From Candidatus Anstonellales archaeon (GTDB lineage Archaea; Micrarchaeota; Micrarchaeia; Anstonellales; J096): a stretch of 64,000 nucleotides of DNA. The position numbers and the translations under genes were made by a program. Within the stretch, counting starts at the first letter, position 1. The number at the start of each line of letters is the position of its first letter. Positions 19,324 through 30,522 of this stretch are shown one piece after another. The notes beneath the pieces were generated by a model. It was not told the DNA's origin, did not search any database, and was given only the letters and a program-made list of their open reading frames with translations. The DNA is taken from contig JAWAFD010000002.1 in NCBI GenBank assembly GCA_038890745.1, positions 248,782-312,781 of the forward strand, given 5' to 3'.

Positions 19324-19779
19324 GATAATGCATGGGGAGTATACATTCCCTTCTCCTATGACTAGTAAACCATCATAAACCTTGCTTGTATTCTCTCCTT
19401 TTGTTATGTAAAATATGTAGCATTCTCTTCTTAGCATACTCATACATTCCTGCACTGTTTTGTTCCCACTCTCTCCTTCCACGCATCCATTCTCATCAAA
19501 ACTCATTATTTGGGTTTCTCTACCCATTATCCCCATGCTCCCAGATAGGTCTATCCCACACATTACTATGTTTTTTCTGTATGGGTCTTCAATTCCTCGT
19601 ATATCCATTATGATTGCGGAACAATTATATTTCAAAAAATTTTCTACAAATTTTGAAGAGTTTAGCTCCTGCTTCAAAAATTTTAGATTATCCAAGACCT
19701 CCATGCTACTGTATGCGTAGTAAAAAATGGCTGCTGCAACTACCCCTAAAAGTATTACTATAATTGTTTTTTTGTCCAT
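19306..19779 (-). CDS. hypothetical membrane-anchored protein, translationally coupled to the upstream gene
   Basis: ATG at 19779 (MDKKTIIVILLGVVAAAIFYY) lies 2 nt after the TAA stop of the upstream 712-aa gene. GGTGG SD-like sequence inside the upstream gene's end. The ORF track extends it to 19818. Confidence 0.5.
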   Translation of the reverse strand: MDKKTIIVILLGVVAAAIFYYAYSSMEVLDNLKFLKQELNSSKFVENFLKYNCSAIIMDIRGIEDPYRKNIVMCGIDLSGSMGIMGRETQIMSFDENGCVEGESGNKTVQECMSMLRRECYIFYITKGENTSKVYDGLLVIGEGNVYSPCIISYSVS

Positions 19780-19781
19780 TG

Positions 19782-21920
19782 TTATTCCACCCCACCCATT
19801 ACAGCCGAAATCGGACATAGGTTAAAGTATGATTCATCTCCAGAAATTATCCCCTTTACATCCATCGTTGTAGAAAAGCTTGGGTTCTGCTCAACATTTG
19901 AATACTTCAGCACTATCCTTGGAACCGAGATCTCGTCATTACACTGCTTCCTATTCTTGTTTGTCTCAACACCATTTATTATGCATTTATCAGTATACAC
20001 ATAGAACGCGACTGTTTTGTTCTGTGCAATTAGATTATGTATTATTTTCTCCGCGCAGGTGCTCATTGGTTCGGCTGCTGTCTGCGGTGCCCCTGCGTAG
20101 TCAACAACAACTGCAACCTCACTGTTCTCAGCAATAACATCTGAAAAATCCTCAAAGCTGGCATGGAGCAGAGACCTGTCCAAAAGAATGTAGAAACCAA
20201 CATTCAGCAAAATAAGAATTATAGCAATCACCCCAACCCCTATCCAGTAGTATGTTTTTTGATTCGCGGTAGTGAACCTCCCGCGGATTCGTATATATGC
20301 TATGGATGATGCGATTACAAGCAAAGAGGTAAGGGAAAGATAGGAAAATGCAGAAAGCGCTGCTGGAAGAACATCCAATACATCCTCCCTTTCGCTTGTT
20401 GGCATATCACGGATTGAAAGTATTAGATCTGACGTTGTCTCGCCCGCATTTTTTGAAAACGCTTTTGCGTTTTTTATGATTACATGCTCCTCCTTTGCCT
20501 CCATCAATGGCTTTAGCTTCTCCTGAAGCGCAACATATCTCTGCGAGTATTCAGCGTACGTATCAGGGCTTAGCCCCTTTACAAAACCCCCATCAAGGTT
20601 GTTTTTCTCAACCTTATACTGTGAAAGCTGTGCAACCTCTTCACTGCTGAGGTCTTTTGTTTCAAGCAGGAATATCATTCCAGTTACCTTATCTTTCTCA
20701 TGCTCGGCATCAAAATACCATTTCTTGTTCGGCTCTATTGTTTCATTTATCTCTTTCATAAGATCAGCAAACCGGTCTATCTTCTCCTCCATTCCATCGA
20801 ATTTTTTGTTTGCTATGCTGCTTTCTATATCTGTTTTCAGTGTTTTCAGTTCATCAACCTTTTTCGCGAAGCTCGTGTTCATAACAAAGCTTAGGGATTC
20901 TTCTGACCTGTTTAGAACATCCTCTGCTGTTGCTTTCATCGGTCTGTATACTTCAGAATAATACCCAGTGAGGTCCTCGCTTGTCTTGTACGCTACTCTC
21001 TCTTCTGTTCTCTTTGAAATATCCTCTGCTATTTGGAGATAAGTTCCGATTGGTTTTGTTTGCGCGATTAGCTGCGGAAGGAGAAGGTTTAGCTGGGCCA
21101 TGCATGTTTCATTATATATAATTGGCGGGCAGATCCCAAGGCATTTCGGACATTCCTTAATATTCAAAGGAAACCTTAGGATACTGTTCTTCATTACTTG
21201 ATAGTTTGATTCTATTATTGGCATGCTGGAGTTCATGTACAAAAGCCCTTCGTAAACATTATCAGCGGAAAGGTTGTTTAGATAGCTGAATATTCCGTTC
21301 ATCCTTTCATCAACCGCCCTTGTAGCGGCCCAAAAGTCCTTAATCGGCTGGTATATTATATCAGGGTCGTTTATTCCTATCTCCCCACCCCAGTTCACAA
21401 CTATCAGGGTGGCCCAGTACATATACTCATCGCCATACAGTTTTTCATAGTCAGATGGAAGCTGGTATTTTTCTCCTACCCTTTCTCGGCATGTCTGCTC
21501 CTCTCCTGCTCTTTGAAACCTTCCTTCCCCATTATTCCTGCTTGCGTTTAGTTCCTTAAACAATTCAGTAAGATTCGCTGCTTGCGATGGGGTAAGGTAG
21601 TATCTGGATACATAATAAGCTTTAAGGGCTGTTTTTATTTCTTCGCTATCGTTTACTATGTTCCCTTCTTTCAAAAGAAAAGTCTCTTTATTTTTTATAT
21701 AAACAATTTCATACTTAACGCCACTTATAGAAAATGCCTCATACCTTACATCGCTTGCTGCGTTTTCGTTTGGATAAAGATAGTCCTGGACGTTTATGGC
21801 AATGCTTGATGCGATTAGAATTGTAAAAAATAATACTACTATTGATTTTTTCATGGAAAAAGTATATTCATAAACCTTTATTAAGGTTGCTGTTTTTTTG
21901 TCGTCTTTATCCTTATTCAT
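19782..21920 (-). CDS. large hypothetical surface/membrane protein (signal peptide plus C-proximal TM helices)
   Basis: 712 aa; internal MKKSIVVLFFTILIASSIA signal; TM helices near residue 530-580; no catalytic motif. Confidence 0.55.
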   Translation of the reverse strand: MNKDKDDKKTATLIKVYEYTFSMKKSIVVLFFTILIASSIAINVQDYLYPNENAASDVRYEAFSISGVKYEIVYIKNKETFLLKEGNIVNDSEEIKTALKAYYVSRYYLTPSQAANLTELFKELNASRNNGEGRFQRAGEEQTCRERVGEKYQLPSDYEKLYGDEYMYWATLIVVNWGGEIGINDPDIIYQPIKDFWAATRAVDERMNGIFSYLNNLSADNVYEGLLYMNSSMPIIESNYQVMKNSILRFPLNIKECPKCLGICPPIIYNETCMAQLNLLLPQLIAQTKPIGTYLQIAEDISKRTEERVAYKTSEDLTGYYSEVYRPMKATAEDVLNRSEESLSFVMNTSFAKKVDELKTLKTDIESSIANKKFDGMEEKIDRFADLMKEINETIEPNKKWYFDAEHEKDKVTGMIFLLETKDLSSEEVAQLSQYKVEKNNLDGGFVKGLSPDTYAEYSQRYVALQEKLKPLMEAKEEHVIIKNAKAFSKNAGETTSDLILSIRDMPTSEREDVLDVLPAALSAFSYLSLTSLLVIASSIAYIRIRGRFTTANQKTYYWIGVGVIAIILILLNVGFYILLDRSLLHASFEDFSDVIAENSEVAVVVDYAGAPQTAAEPMSTCAEKIIHNLIAQNKTVAFYVYTDKCIINGVETNKNRKQCNDEISVPRIVLKYSNVEQNPSFSTTMDVKGIISGDESYFNLCPISAVMGGVE

Positions 21921-22887
21921 TTCTACTCGTAAAATACCTAGCTATTTTTAGTATTCTTTGCTTTTCCTTGTTTTCCGGAAGAGCTTTCTCTATTTTTGAA
22001 ACCCCCTCTTCCACAAGCTTTTCTGCTTTCTTCCTTGCGTATTCTATGCCCCCATATTTCTTTATTATACCTATTGCCTCTCTTATTTCCATCTCGTCCT
22101 CAGTATGGGAGGAAAGAATCTCCACGAGCCGTTTTTTGTCTTCTGGATTTGCCCTTTCGAGAGTTTTTATCACCATTAATGTTCTTTTTCCTTCGGTTAT
22201 ATCATCCCCTATTTTCTTTTTGTACTTCTCCACCTCTCCTGTTAAGTTTAGTATATCATCCTGTATTTGAAACGCGAGCCCTATATTCTCTCCAAAAGTT
22301 CTTGCTGCTTCTCTCTCTTTTTTACTTTTTTTTGCTACTATGGCACCTATTTCACACGCCGCACCAATTAGCGCACCTGTCTTTCCACCAGCCATTTCCA
22401 TATACTCTCTTTCGCCAACATCGAATATCTTGTTTCTTTCCCAGTAAAGCTCCCTCCCCTGTCCTTCCACCACCCTTCTGAACGCATCACCCAGCACCCT
22501 TTTCACTTCTTCATTTTTTAGCTTAAGAATTTCATTCCATATAGCAGTGTATATCGCATCGCCTGAATTGAGCGCTATCGCAACCCCATGCAATCTATGA
22601 AGGGTTGGCTTTCCTCTTCTTAGTGGAGAATTATCTTCTATATCATCATGCACAAGCGTGAAATTGTGGAATATCTCTATTAGTGCCGCTGGCCTGAGTG
22701 CTTCCCTATAATTTCCGCCGTATGCTTTTGTAAATACCAAAGTTAGGATAGGCCTTACCCTCTTTCCTCCTCGTGATATGAACTCTTCAAATATTCCATA
22801 AACCTCGGCCGGCTTTTGTGGTAGTATTTTTTTTATCTCATTTTCCGTATCGTTTATTTCTTTTGAAAACTCCTCTGCAAACTCCAT
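21913..22887 (-). CDS. idsA: geranylgeranyl diphosphate synthase (trans-polyprenyl synthase)
   Basis: FARM LVHDDIEDNS and SARM FQIQDDILN aspartate-rich motifs. Confidence 0.9.
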   Translation of the reverse strand: MEFAEEFSKEINDTENEIKKILPQKPAEVYGIFEEFISRGGKRVRPILTLVFTKAYGGNYREALRPAALIEIFHNFTLVHDDIEDNSPLRRGKPTLHRLHGVAIALNSGDAIYTAIWNEILKLKNEEVKRVLGDAFRRVVEGQGRELYWERNKIFDVGEREYMEMAGGKTGALIGAACEIGAIVAKKSKKEREAARTFGENIGLAFQIQDDILNLTGEVEKYKKKIGDDITEGKRTLMVIKTLERANPEDKKRLVEILSSHTEDEMEIREAIGIIKKYGGIEYARKKAEKLVEEGVSKIEKALPENKEKQRILKIARYFTSRNE

Positions 22888-22937
22888 GCCTTACTTAAAA
22901 CCGGCAATGTTTTTAAAACAAACGCTGAAAATCTTTC

Positions 22938-23738
22938 ATGCTTTTTTCACTTGAAGAGCTTTTGAATCAATTTTTTCTTTCACCTATGATTGACAAGACA
23001 GGTTATAATCTAATAAACACCCTCACATATGCCCTTATAGCAGTTGGATCCATATATGTAATATACATTATTTTCAACCGGTTGAAAATTCGCGCTGATG
23101 AGTATTTCATGAAAACAATTTTCTTTTTTGTCATTTTTGGCTCTTCAAAAAGGGTAATCACCGATGCTGTTGATGCCGGCGTCTTGCAGGTTCCAGTACT
23201 GAGCCAAATCTATGCTTACAATTTTTTCAACATCTCTCCCGGCATATACATTTTCACAGGTATTCTTGCAGTTTTTCTTTTCCTTATAGAGCATTTCACG
23301 AAAAAAAGAATAGCCATGCCCGTTGCATTCTCACTCGCAACCTTCCACCTTGCGCTCGTTCTCCCTCTCATCCATGATTTTTTTGCTCTTTTCTTCATCC
23401 TTGCTCTTGCAGCAATCCCATTCTATCTTGCGCATCGCGTTCTCAAAGATCCACTTCTTTCTCTTGTTGTTTTTTCCCATGCGCTCGATGGTGCAGCAAC
23501 CTTCTATGCCATAGATGTTTCAAAATCCTATTTTGAGCAGCATGTTCTTGCTGGTGCAATAGGGGATGCACACGGCTACATAGCGTTCTACCTAATAAAA
23601 ATAATCATAGCCTTCCTCGCAGCCTATCTAATAAAAAATGAGTCTGAGAACGAGAAAAATTTTATTGCAACCATCCTCATTGTGATTGGGCTTGCACCCG
23701 GGATAAGGGACATGTTGAGGGTTGCGGCTGGTGTTTAG
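22938..23738 (+). CDS. integral membrane protein (archaeal DUF63-like)
   Basis: 266 aa with 6-7 predicted TM helices. Family assignment is from memory only. Confidence 0.4.
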   Translation: MLFSLEELLNQFFLSPMIDKTGYNLINTLTYALIAVGSIYVIYIIFNRLKIRADEYFMKTIFFFVIFGSSKRVITDAVDAGVLQVPVLSQIYAYNFFNISPGIYIFTGILAVFLFLIEHFTKKRIAMPVAFSLATFHLALVLPLIHDFFALFFILALAAIPFYLAHRVLKDPLLSLVVFSHALDGAATFYAIDVSKSYFEQHVLAGAIGDAHGYIAFYLIKIIIAFLAAYLIKNESENEKNFIATILIVIGLAPGIRDMLRVAAGV

Positions 23739-23739
23739 G

Positions 23740-24471
23740 ATGCTTGCGCTTGTTGGCTTAGGAATAAATCTTGACCCCACCCTTAATGGGATTGAAACAG
23801 CAAAAGAGTGCGATGAGGTTTTTTTGGAAAAATATACCTCCCCTCTTCCAATAGATGTTGAAAAAAAGTTAGAAAAAATAACCGGCAAAAAAATAAATAT
23901 TATAGACCGAGAAGAAGTCGAGAGCGAGTTTTTAATAAAAAAAGCAGAAAGAAAAAAAATTTGCCTTTTTGTTGTTGGCGACCCTCTTGTTGCAACCACC
24001 CATATCTCCCTTCTTACAGAATGCAGAAAAAGAAAAATTGAAACAAGAGTAATCCATAATTCCTCCATCCTCACCGCGGTTGGGAGAACGGGTTTGCAGC
24101 TTTATAAATTCGGAAGAACAGTTACAATAGCAAAATGGTCAGAAAACTATAAGCCAACCTCCCCGCTTCTTCTGATTGAAAAAAATCTTTCTATCGATTT
24201 GCACACCCTTGTTTTATTAGATGTCCAGCCGGAGCCCATGGATGCAAAAGAAGGAATAAAGCAATTGCTTGAGATGGAAAAAATAGAGAAGAAAAAAATA
24301 ATAAAAGAAATTGTTGTGCTCAGCCGACTGGGTTTTGAGGATGAGAAGATTACTTATGGGAATGTGGAAAAGCTTCTCAAAACAGATTTGGGAAAACCGC
24401 CATTTTCGCTCATAGTCCCGGCGAAACTTCACGATTCCGAGGAAGAGTATCTGAGATTTTTTAAAATTTAA
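23740..24471 (+). CDS. dph5: diphthine synthase
   Basis: MLALVGLGI start; GDPLVATTH, VIHNSSI and GLQLYKFGRTVTIA match archaeal DphB closely. The ORF track start at 23722 adds 6 residues. Confidence 0.9.
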   Translation: MLALVGLGINLDPTLNGIETAKECDEVFLEKYTSPLPIDVEKKLEKITGKKINIIDREEVESEFLIKKAERKKICLFVVGDPLVATTHISLLTECRKRKIETRVIHNSSILTAVGRTGLQLYKFGRTVTIAKWSENYKPTSPLLLIEKNLSIDLHTLVLLDVQPEPMDAKEGIKQLLEMEKIEKKKIIKEIVVLSRLGFEDEKITYGNVEKLLKTDLGKPPFSLIVPAKLHDSEEEYLRFFKI

Positions 24472-25094
24472 GACGCCGCTTCCTTTTCCAGCCTCCTCTT
24501 TATCACCTTCAAACTAACGAACATGTCCCTTTCCATTTCCTCAAGCCGCATCCTTATTTCGCGTTCCTGCTCTTCTAATTTGGGAAGAACAACAAACTCA
24601 AGTGCGTTCACCCTTCTTTTCGTTTTCTCTATCTCTTTTATTATTCTCTTTATCGCAGTTTCCGTTTCAGCAAGCTGCAAAACCAATTTTAGGGAGTTCC
24701 TAAAATGCTCTACTGATTTGTCTACCTTTGCGCTGCTCATAAACAGGGGATAATCCCTGAATTCTTTCATCTCTATTTTTATTTTTGGAATCTTAACGCC
24801 CATCACATTCCTTTCTTCAACATCCAATCCATACTCTGCTTTAACCATCCTTGCCATATTATCCAGATCGAAAATATTGTGGGAAAAAGAGGCCATGGCC
24901 AAATATTTGTATCCTTCCTGCAGCTCCGCATTAAGCTGACCCCTCAGATCCCGCGCCTGCCCAAGGATTTTGAAGAATTCCATTATCAGCGCATCCCGTT
25001 TTTGCTTAAGAAGTTTATGTCCTTTTCTAGCAAGCCTTATCCTTGCCTTTATTTTCAGCAGCTCCATCCTAGTCGGGTTCGGCTTTTCCCCCAT
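24468..25094 (-). CDS. atpD: A-type ATP synthase subunit D
   Basis: NPTRMELLKIKARIRLARKGHKLLKQKRDALIMEF signature. Confidence 0.9.
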   Translation of the reverse strand: MGEKPNPTRMELLKIKARIRLARKGHKLLKQKRDALIMEFFKILGQARDLRGQLNAELQEGYKYLAMASFSHNIFDLDNMARMVKAEYGLDVEERNVMGVKIPKIKIEMKEFRDYPLFMSSAKVDKSVEHFRNSLKLVLQLAETETAIKRIIKEIEKTKRRVNALEFVVLPKLEEQEREIRMRLEEMERDMFVSLKVIKRRLEKEAAS

Positions 25095-25125
25095 TCTCCA
25101 ACCACCCTATTCCTTAGCCATGTTC

Positions 25126-26526
25126 CTATTTTCTGAATTTTTTTCCGTACTTTTCTATGTATTCAAGCTTCACCCTCTTAAGCTCTGATTCAGGAAGGAT
25201 TGCCATGAGTTCCCATCCCAAATCAAGCGTCTGCTCTATTGTTCTATCCTCATGGTAATCTTGCTTTATGAACCTCTGCTCAAACATATCCGCAAATTTC
25301 AAGTACTTCCTATCAGTTTCGCTCAGCGCTTCCTCTCCAACAACCGCGCTCAGTGCCCTCAGATCCCTCCCGGTTGCATACGCTGCGTAAAGTTGGTCGC
25401 TAACCCCTTTATGGTCCTCCCTTGTCTTCTTTGCTCCTATTCCCGCGTTCATCAGCCTGCTCAAGCTTGGCAGCGGGTCAACCGGTGGGTAGATCCCTTT
25501 TCTGTGCAAATCCCTGCTTAGAACAATCTGTCCTTCTGTAATGTACCCAGTTAGGTCTGGAATCGGATGTGTGATATCATCACCAGGCATTGTCAAGATT
25601 GGGAATTGGGTAACAGAACCCTTCTTTCCTTTCACCTTCCCTGCTCTTTCATAAATCGTTGAAAGGTCTGTGTACATATACCCGGGATACCCTCTCCTTC
25701 CAGGAACCTCCTGCCTTGCTGCTGAGATTTCCCTAAGAGCTTCGCAGTAGTTTGTCATGTCTGTAATTATCACAAGAACATGCATATCTTTTTCAAAAGC
25801 CAAATACTCGGCAGTTGTGAGTGCGAGCCTTGGTGTGATCAACCTCTCAGCGCTCGGGTCATCTGCAAGGTTTAAGAACAAAACAGCTCTCTCAAGAGCG
25901 CCCGTCCTTTCGAAATCCCGCATGAAAAAGTTTGCTTCCTCATTTGTAATCCCAACAGCAGCGAAAACAACCGCAAACTCCTCCCCTTCCCCTCTTACCT
26001 TTGCCTGCCTGGCTATTTGCACAGCAAGATGGTTGTGCGGAAGGCCTGCTGCTGAAAAAATCGGAAGCTTCTGACCTCTCACAAGAGTGTTCATTCCGTC
26101 TATTGTTGAAATCCCTGTTTGGATGAATTCAGCTGGTGGTTCCCTTGAGTATGGGTTGATCGCGTTTCCGATTATCTCCACGCTCTCTTCTGCGACTGGC
26201 TTCGGCGCCTTGTCAAGCGGCTCTCCCAGTCCAGAAAAAACCCTCCCGAGCATCTCCTCGCTAACACCCAATTTCATGGTTTCGCCGAGGAACTTTACGC
26301 TTGTTTTCCTAGTATCAAGACCGGTTGTTGTTCCAAAAATCTGCACAACCGCGATCCCTTCACCTACTTCAAGAACCTGTCCCTTCTTTTTCTCCCCGTC
26401 CGGAAGTGTAATCTCCACTATTTCATTATACCCAACCCCGCTTACCTTCTCTACGAAAACAAGCGGGCCTGCAATCTGAGTAACCGTCTTATATTCTTTC
26501 ATTCTCTCACGCTCCTGAAGCCTCAA
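25126..26526 (-). CDS. atpB: A-type ATP synthase subunit B
   Basis: [17 protein letters not shown], no functional P-loop, [14 protein letters not shown]. Confidence 0.95.
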   Translation of the reverse strand: MRLQERERMKEYKTVTQIAGPLVFVEKVSGVGYNEIVEITLPDGEKKKGQVLEVGEGIAVVQIFGTTTGLDTRKTSVKFLGETMKLGVSEEMLGRVFSGLGEPLDKAPKPVAEESVEIIGNAINPYSREPPAEFIQTGISTIDGMNTLVRGQKLPIFSAAGLPHNHLAVQIARQAKVRGEGEEFAVVFAAVGITNEEANFFMRDFERTGALERAVLFLNLADDPSAERLITPRLALTTAEYLAFEKDMHVLVIITDMTNYCEALREISAARQEVPGRRGYPGYMYTDLSTIYERAGKVKGKKGSVTQFPILTMPGDDITHPIPDLTGYITEGQIVLSRDLHRKGIYPPVDPLPSLSRLMNAGIGAKKTREDHKGVSDQLYAAYATGRDLRALSAVVGEEALSETDRKYLKFADMFEQRFIKQDYHEDRTIEQTLDLGWELMAILPESELKRVKLEYIEKYGKKFRK

Positions 26527-28270
26527 CTTTTTTCATTGCTTTACTAAACTCATCATCAATCTCCTTTACTATCCCTTCAATCTCATTTATCCTGCTTTCC
26601 GGTATCTCCTTCATCCTTGCAATCCTTTCCACAACCTTTAGCCCCGCAAGGCTTTTCGCTTGCATTCCTTTTTCTATTCCCTCCATGGCTTTTTTGTAGA
26701 AGTGCATTATGTTTTTCAGCATCGCGTACTGCTTTTTCAGACTACAGTACATATCAACTTCGTGGTAAGCGTTCTGCTGAAGATAATCCTCTCGGAGCAT
26801 TTTTGTTACAAGAAGAATTGCCTGCTCCTTCTCCGGAAGCGCATCGGGTCCAACAAGCTGCACAACCTCTTCAAGCTCTGCTTCTTTTTGCAGAAGTGCC
26901 ATTGCCTCATCCCTTAAAAACGCCCAATCCTCAGCGATGTTTTGCGCATACCACTCATCCAACCTTTCAGTGTAAAGTGAATAGCTCTTTAGCCAATGCA
27001 GAGCAGGGAAATGCCTTCTGTGAGCCAGGGATGCATCGAGCGCAAGGAAAACCTTTGTTACACGGAGGGTGTTCTGCGAAACCGGTTCTGAAATGTCCCC
27101 TCCTGGTGGTGAAACAGCACCTATTATCGTGACGCTTCCGTACCTATCCGCAGTTCCAAGTGTTTTCACCCTTCCGGACCTTTCATAAAATTCAGCCAAC
27201 CTTCTGGCAAGGTATGCAGGATACCCTTCCTCTCCTGGCATCTCCTCCAATCTTCCCCCAATCTCTCTCATTGCCTCTGCCCATCTGCTTGTGGAATCAG
27301 CCATCAAAGAAACATTATACCCCATATCCCGGTAATACTCCGCGATCGTAACTCCTGTATAGATGCTCGCTTCACGCGCAGCAACAGGCATGTTTGATGT
27401 ATTCGCAATCAGCACTGTTCTCTCCATAAGCGGCTTTCCACTCTTAGGGTCTTTAAGATGGGGGAACTCTGTAAGCACCTCGGTCATCTCATTCCCTCTC
27501 TCCCCGCATCCTATATAAACAACAATTTCAGTGTCACTCCATTTAGCCAAACTCTGCTGGGTAACTGTTTTCCCAGACCCAAACGGCCCCGGAATGCAAG
27601 CAGTTCCTCCTTTTGCAATCGGTGCGAATGTATCCACAATTCTCATTCCGGTTATGAGCGGAATTTCAGGCGGATATTTTTCCTTATAAGGTCTTGGCTT
27701 CCTTACAGGCCATTTATGATAAAGGAACAAATCACTCCTTTTTCCCATATGCTCTATGGTTCCGATTGCATCCTCAAGTTTATACTCCCCGGCTTTTATT
27801 GCGCTAACCACCCCATCATAAGGGGAAAGAACCCTGTGCTCTATCAATTCGCTTTCCTTCACAACTCCCAAGATATCCCCAGCAGCAATCCTATCCCCTT
27901 TCTTAACCTTTGGCTCAAACTTCCATTTCTTCTTTTTGTCCAGCGGGGGAACAGAAACCCCTCTCTTAATGTATGTTCCGGTTTCGCTCGCGATGAGCGC
28001 GAGCGGCCTTTGAATTCCATCATAAATGCTTTTCAGCAATCCAGGACCGAGCTCAACGCTTAGCGGCATCCCTGTTCCTTCCACTGGTTCTCCTGGTTTT
28101 AGGCCAGAAGTATCCTCATAAACCTGCACAACATAGTTGTTTCCAACAATCTTGATCACTTCACCGATAAGTTTTTCCTCGCCGACTTTTACCACATCGT
28201 ACAGCTTTGAATCTATGTCCCTCGCAACAACAACAGGACCGCTTATTTTAACAAGTTTGCCTTTTGCCAT
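26507..28270 (-). CDS. atpA: A-type ATP synthase catalytic subunit A (no intein)
   Basis: [16 protein letters not shown] start, P-loop [19 protein letters not shown]. The ORF track prefix (to 28393) overlaps atpF and is not coding. Confidence 0.95.
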   Translation of the reverse strand: MAKGKLVKISGPVVVARDIDSKLYDVVKVGEEKLIGEVIKIVGNNYVVQVYEDTSGLKPGEPVEGTGMPLSVELGPGLLKSIYDGIQRPLALIASETGTYIKRGVSVPPLDKKKKWKFEPKVKKGDRIAAGDILGVVKESELIEHRVLSPYDGVVSAIKAGEYKLEDAIGTIEHMGKRSDLFLYHKWPVRKPRPYKEKYPPEIPLITGMRIVDTFAPIAKGGTACIPGPFGSGKTVTQQSLAKWSDTEIVVYIGCGERGNEMTEVLTEFPHLKDPKSGKPLMERTVLIANTSNMPVAAREASIYTGVTIAEYYRDMGYNVSLMADSTSRWAEAMREIGGRLEEMPGEEGYPAYLARRLAEFYERSGRVKTLGTADRYGSVTIIGAVSPPGGDISEPVSQNTLRVTKVFLALDASLAHRRHFPALHWLKSYSLYTERLDEWYAQNIAEDWAFLRDEAMALLQKEAELEEVVQLVGPDALPEKEQAILLVTKMLREDYLQQNAYHEVDMYCSLKKQYAMLKNIMHFYKKAMEGIEKGMQAKSLAGLKVVERIARMKEIPESRINEIEGIVKEIDDEFSKAMKKVEASGA

Positions 28271-28280
28271 ATTTCCACCC

Positions 28281-28601
28281 CTATTTTTTCTTAAGCTCAA
28301 AACCAAGAGCCCTTTTGATGAGCATATCGAGCGTTTCTTCCTCCCGTTCTTCTGCGCCAGTGCCAGCGACCGGCAGGATAACCGGTGAGGCAATGTTTTC
28401 TATCTTTTTTTTCAGCCTCCAATCCACCCTGTTGAACAAGCTTTGTTCAACGAGTACTATTCCTATATTTTCGTTTGCGATTGCATCCTCAATTTTTTTC
28501 TCAACATCCTTCACCTGTTCAACCACTTCACCCTCTATTCCCATCAGCCTGAACCCCAGCACAACCGGACCATGCCCGTATACAACTATTTTCTGCGTCA
28601 T
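28281..28601 (-). CDS. atpF: A-type ATP synthase subunit F
   Basis: 106 aa; [28 protein letters not shown] typical of AtpF. Confidence 0.85.
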   Translation of the reverse strand: MTQKIVVYGHGPVVLGFRLMGIEGEVVEQVKDVEKKIEDAIANENIGIVLVEQSLFNRVDWRLKKKIENIASPVILPVAGTGAEEREEETLDMLIKRALGFELKKK

Positions 28602-28603
28602 GC

Positions 28604-29698
28604 TTACACAACCATTTTTCTTATTTCTTCCTTGCTTAAACCGAACTCATGCGCCCTTGCTATCTTTCTTATGTTGTTTCCCTCCTCTTCTTTAAGCAAT
28701 AGAAAACCCAAGACCTTCCCTATGTTCAACATGGATTTGTGGAATATTATTGATTTTCTTTTTGCGAGCCATGTTTCCATTTCCATTTCCGCTTCCTCCG
28801 GCTTTTTTATCTCTTTTATGTCAAACCTGCTTAGCAATCTTAGCAGTGTCCGATCATCTTTGTAAGCGTCCACCAAATCATTAACACGCACCGTCCCCCC
28901 TGGTACTAGGTATTCTGCAACATTCTCCATTTTCCTTTCCCTTAAGCGGAGGACTGCAGAAATATTTTTTGCATCTATCTCTCTCCTTAAAAACATGAGA
29001 ATGCTATAGGCATCGGCAGGGAGTATCTTTGATGCGATCTCGTGCACGTACTGGTAGTAGTAAAGGTCTATGAGTACGAAAACCTGCATGAGCACATCCC
29101 CTCTTTTTGCTGCCTCTGCAAGTATTCCCTCCTTTTCTTTTCCAAACTTTCCCATCCCAAGCGCGAAGATTTCCTTTCCTATTGAAGTTGCTTTGAATGC
29201 GTTGTATGCATCCGAGCTTTCGCCGACCTTTCTGTATTCCTCTATCCTTCCTACAGGAATTATGTATGGCTCTATTTCCTTCCAGCTCTTCCCAACCATC
29301 CTCCCTGAAAAAACCGTTTTGTAGTTCGTAAGCACCCATCTTTTTAGGAATACATCAACCACTTCACCATCCGACTTCGGAGCGATCCTTTTTATTCTGC
29401 TTGCCATGTCGCCAAAATGCTTTCCTCCAGCAAGTTCTATGAGTTCGCTTCCTTTGTACGAAATAGAAAGCGAGACAAGGTATTCTTTATAGTATGTTCT
29501 TTGGAGGAGTTCTATCATTCCATCGATCGTATCCGCGTTTACAAGCTCATCGTAGAATTCCGGTTTGAGAAGGTATCCTTTCATCCCGGATACTCTTGCG
29601 TTTGAATATCCGTACTTTAACGGCCGGTTTATCGGTGAAATCGCAGCTTCAACAAGAGAGGATATCCTACTTCCTCCTTCTCTCAAAAACTCCAGCAT
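28604..29698 (-). CDS. atpC: A-type ATP synthase subunit C
   Basis: KYGYSNARVSGMKGYLL motif; 364 aa. Confidence 0.85.
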   Translation of the reverse strand: MLEFLREGGSRISSLVEAAISPINRPLKYGYSNARVSGMKGYLLKPEFYDELVNADTIDGMIELLQRTYYKEYLVSLSISYKGSELIELAGGKHFGDMASRIKRIAPKSDGEVVDVFLKRWVLTNYKTVFSGRMVGKSWKEIEPYIIPVGRIEEYRKVGESSDAYNAFKATSIGKEIFALGMGKFGKEKEGILAEAAKRGDVLMQVFVLIDLYYYQYVHEIASKILPADAYSILMFLRREIDAKNISAVLRLRERKMENVAEYLVPGGTVRVNDLVDAYKDDRTLLRLLSRFDIKEIKKPEEAEMEMETWLAKRKSIIFHKSMLNIGKVLGFLLLKEEEGNNIRKIARAHEFGLSKEEIRKMVV

Positions 29699-30239
29699 AC
29701 ACTATCCTCCTTATCTCCTCCTTTTTCATTTCTACAAGGGTTTCAAAAGAATAGTCCACCCTTACGCTTCCATCTCTGCTTTCAACTACGACCCCACCAA
29801 GTGAATCAAGGTCCTCTTTCACAACCCCCATCCCTCTAACAATTTTTCCGTCTCCTTTAGCTACATGGAGTACCATACTCCTTTTTCCCATCTCGGTCTC
29901 AGCTTTTTTCACAAGCCCTTTCAGAAAACTTTCATATGCGGCGCTTTTTCTATACCGTTTGAACCTATCTGCGAGCGCATCCATCACTTTTTTTACAACC
30001 TCATCCTTTGCCTCTTCTATCCTCCTTTTGCTTTCAAGCCTTGCCCACGCAATTCTTTCCTTCCTCTCCTCTTTTATAATTTCCTCTGCCTGCTTAAGCA
30101 CTTCCCTTTCCTTTTCTGCCCATTCCTTTTTGGCATGGGACAGGAGCTCTTCTACCTGCTTCTCAGCGTTCCTTATTTTTGCGTTAGCCTCTTTTTTAGC
30201 ATCGGCTAGCAGGGAAGAGCTCAGCTTTTCTATGGGCAT
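29667..30239 (-). CDS. atpE: A-type ATP synthase subunit E
   Basis: MPIEKLSSSLLADAKKEANAKI.. coiled-coil N-terminus and GGVVVESRDGSVRVDYSFETL C-terminus. Start chosen at the internal Met. Confidence 0.8.
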   Translation of the reverse strand: MPIEKLSSSLLADAKKEANAKIRNAEKQVEELLSHAKKEWAEKEREVLKQAEEIIKEERKERIAWARLESKRRIEEAKDEVVKKVMDALADRFKRYRKSAAYESFLKGLVKKAETEMGKRSMVLHVAKGDGKIVRGMGVVKEDLDSLGGVVVESRDGSVRVDYSFETLVEMKKEEIRRIVYAGVFERRRK

Positions 30240-30250
30240 CACACCACCGC

Positions 30251-30511
30251 TCAGTGCGCTCCGCCCATGTTCAATACCATCATTATTGCTATAACGAAGC
30301 TTAGAACAGCCATAGTTTCCGGAAGCGCGATCCAAATAAGCACGTTTCCGCCGAACTCAGGCCTTTCTGCTATCAGTCCCATAGAAGCTGCGCCGATACT
30401 CGCCTGACTCCATGCTGTTGCCAGACATCCCAAACCCATCACAATACCAGCCCCGATTGCTATCAACCCGCTAGCCGGTATTCCGGTTGCCAAAGTTCCT
30501 ACATCCGCCAT
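30251..30511 (-). CDS. atpK: A-type ATP synthase proteolipid subunit K
   Basis: 86-aa two-helix proteolipid; GAGIVMGLG..LIAERPEFGG..ALPETMAV. Confidence 0.9.
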   Translation of the reverse strand: MADVGTLATGIPASGLIAIGAGIVMGLGCLATAWSQASIGAASMGLIAERPEFGGNVLIWIALPETMAVLSFVIAIMMVLNMGGAH

Positions 30512-30522
30512 ACATTTTCACC

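Noticed and set aside
26507-28393. An intein in AtpA, or an N-terminal extension on it.
   Set aside because: The length from [12 protein letters not shown] is 587 aa and collinear with intein-free A subunits. The 41-codon prefix in the ORF track overlaps atpF and is Arg/Ser-rich noise.
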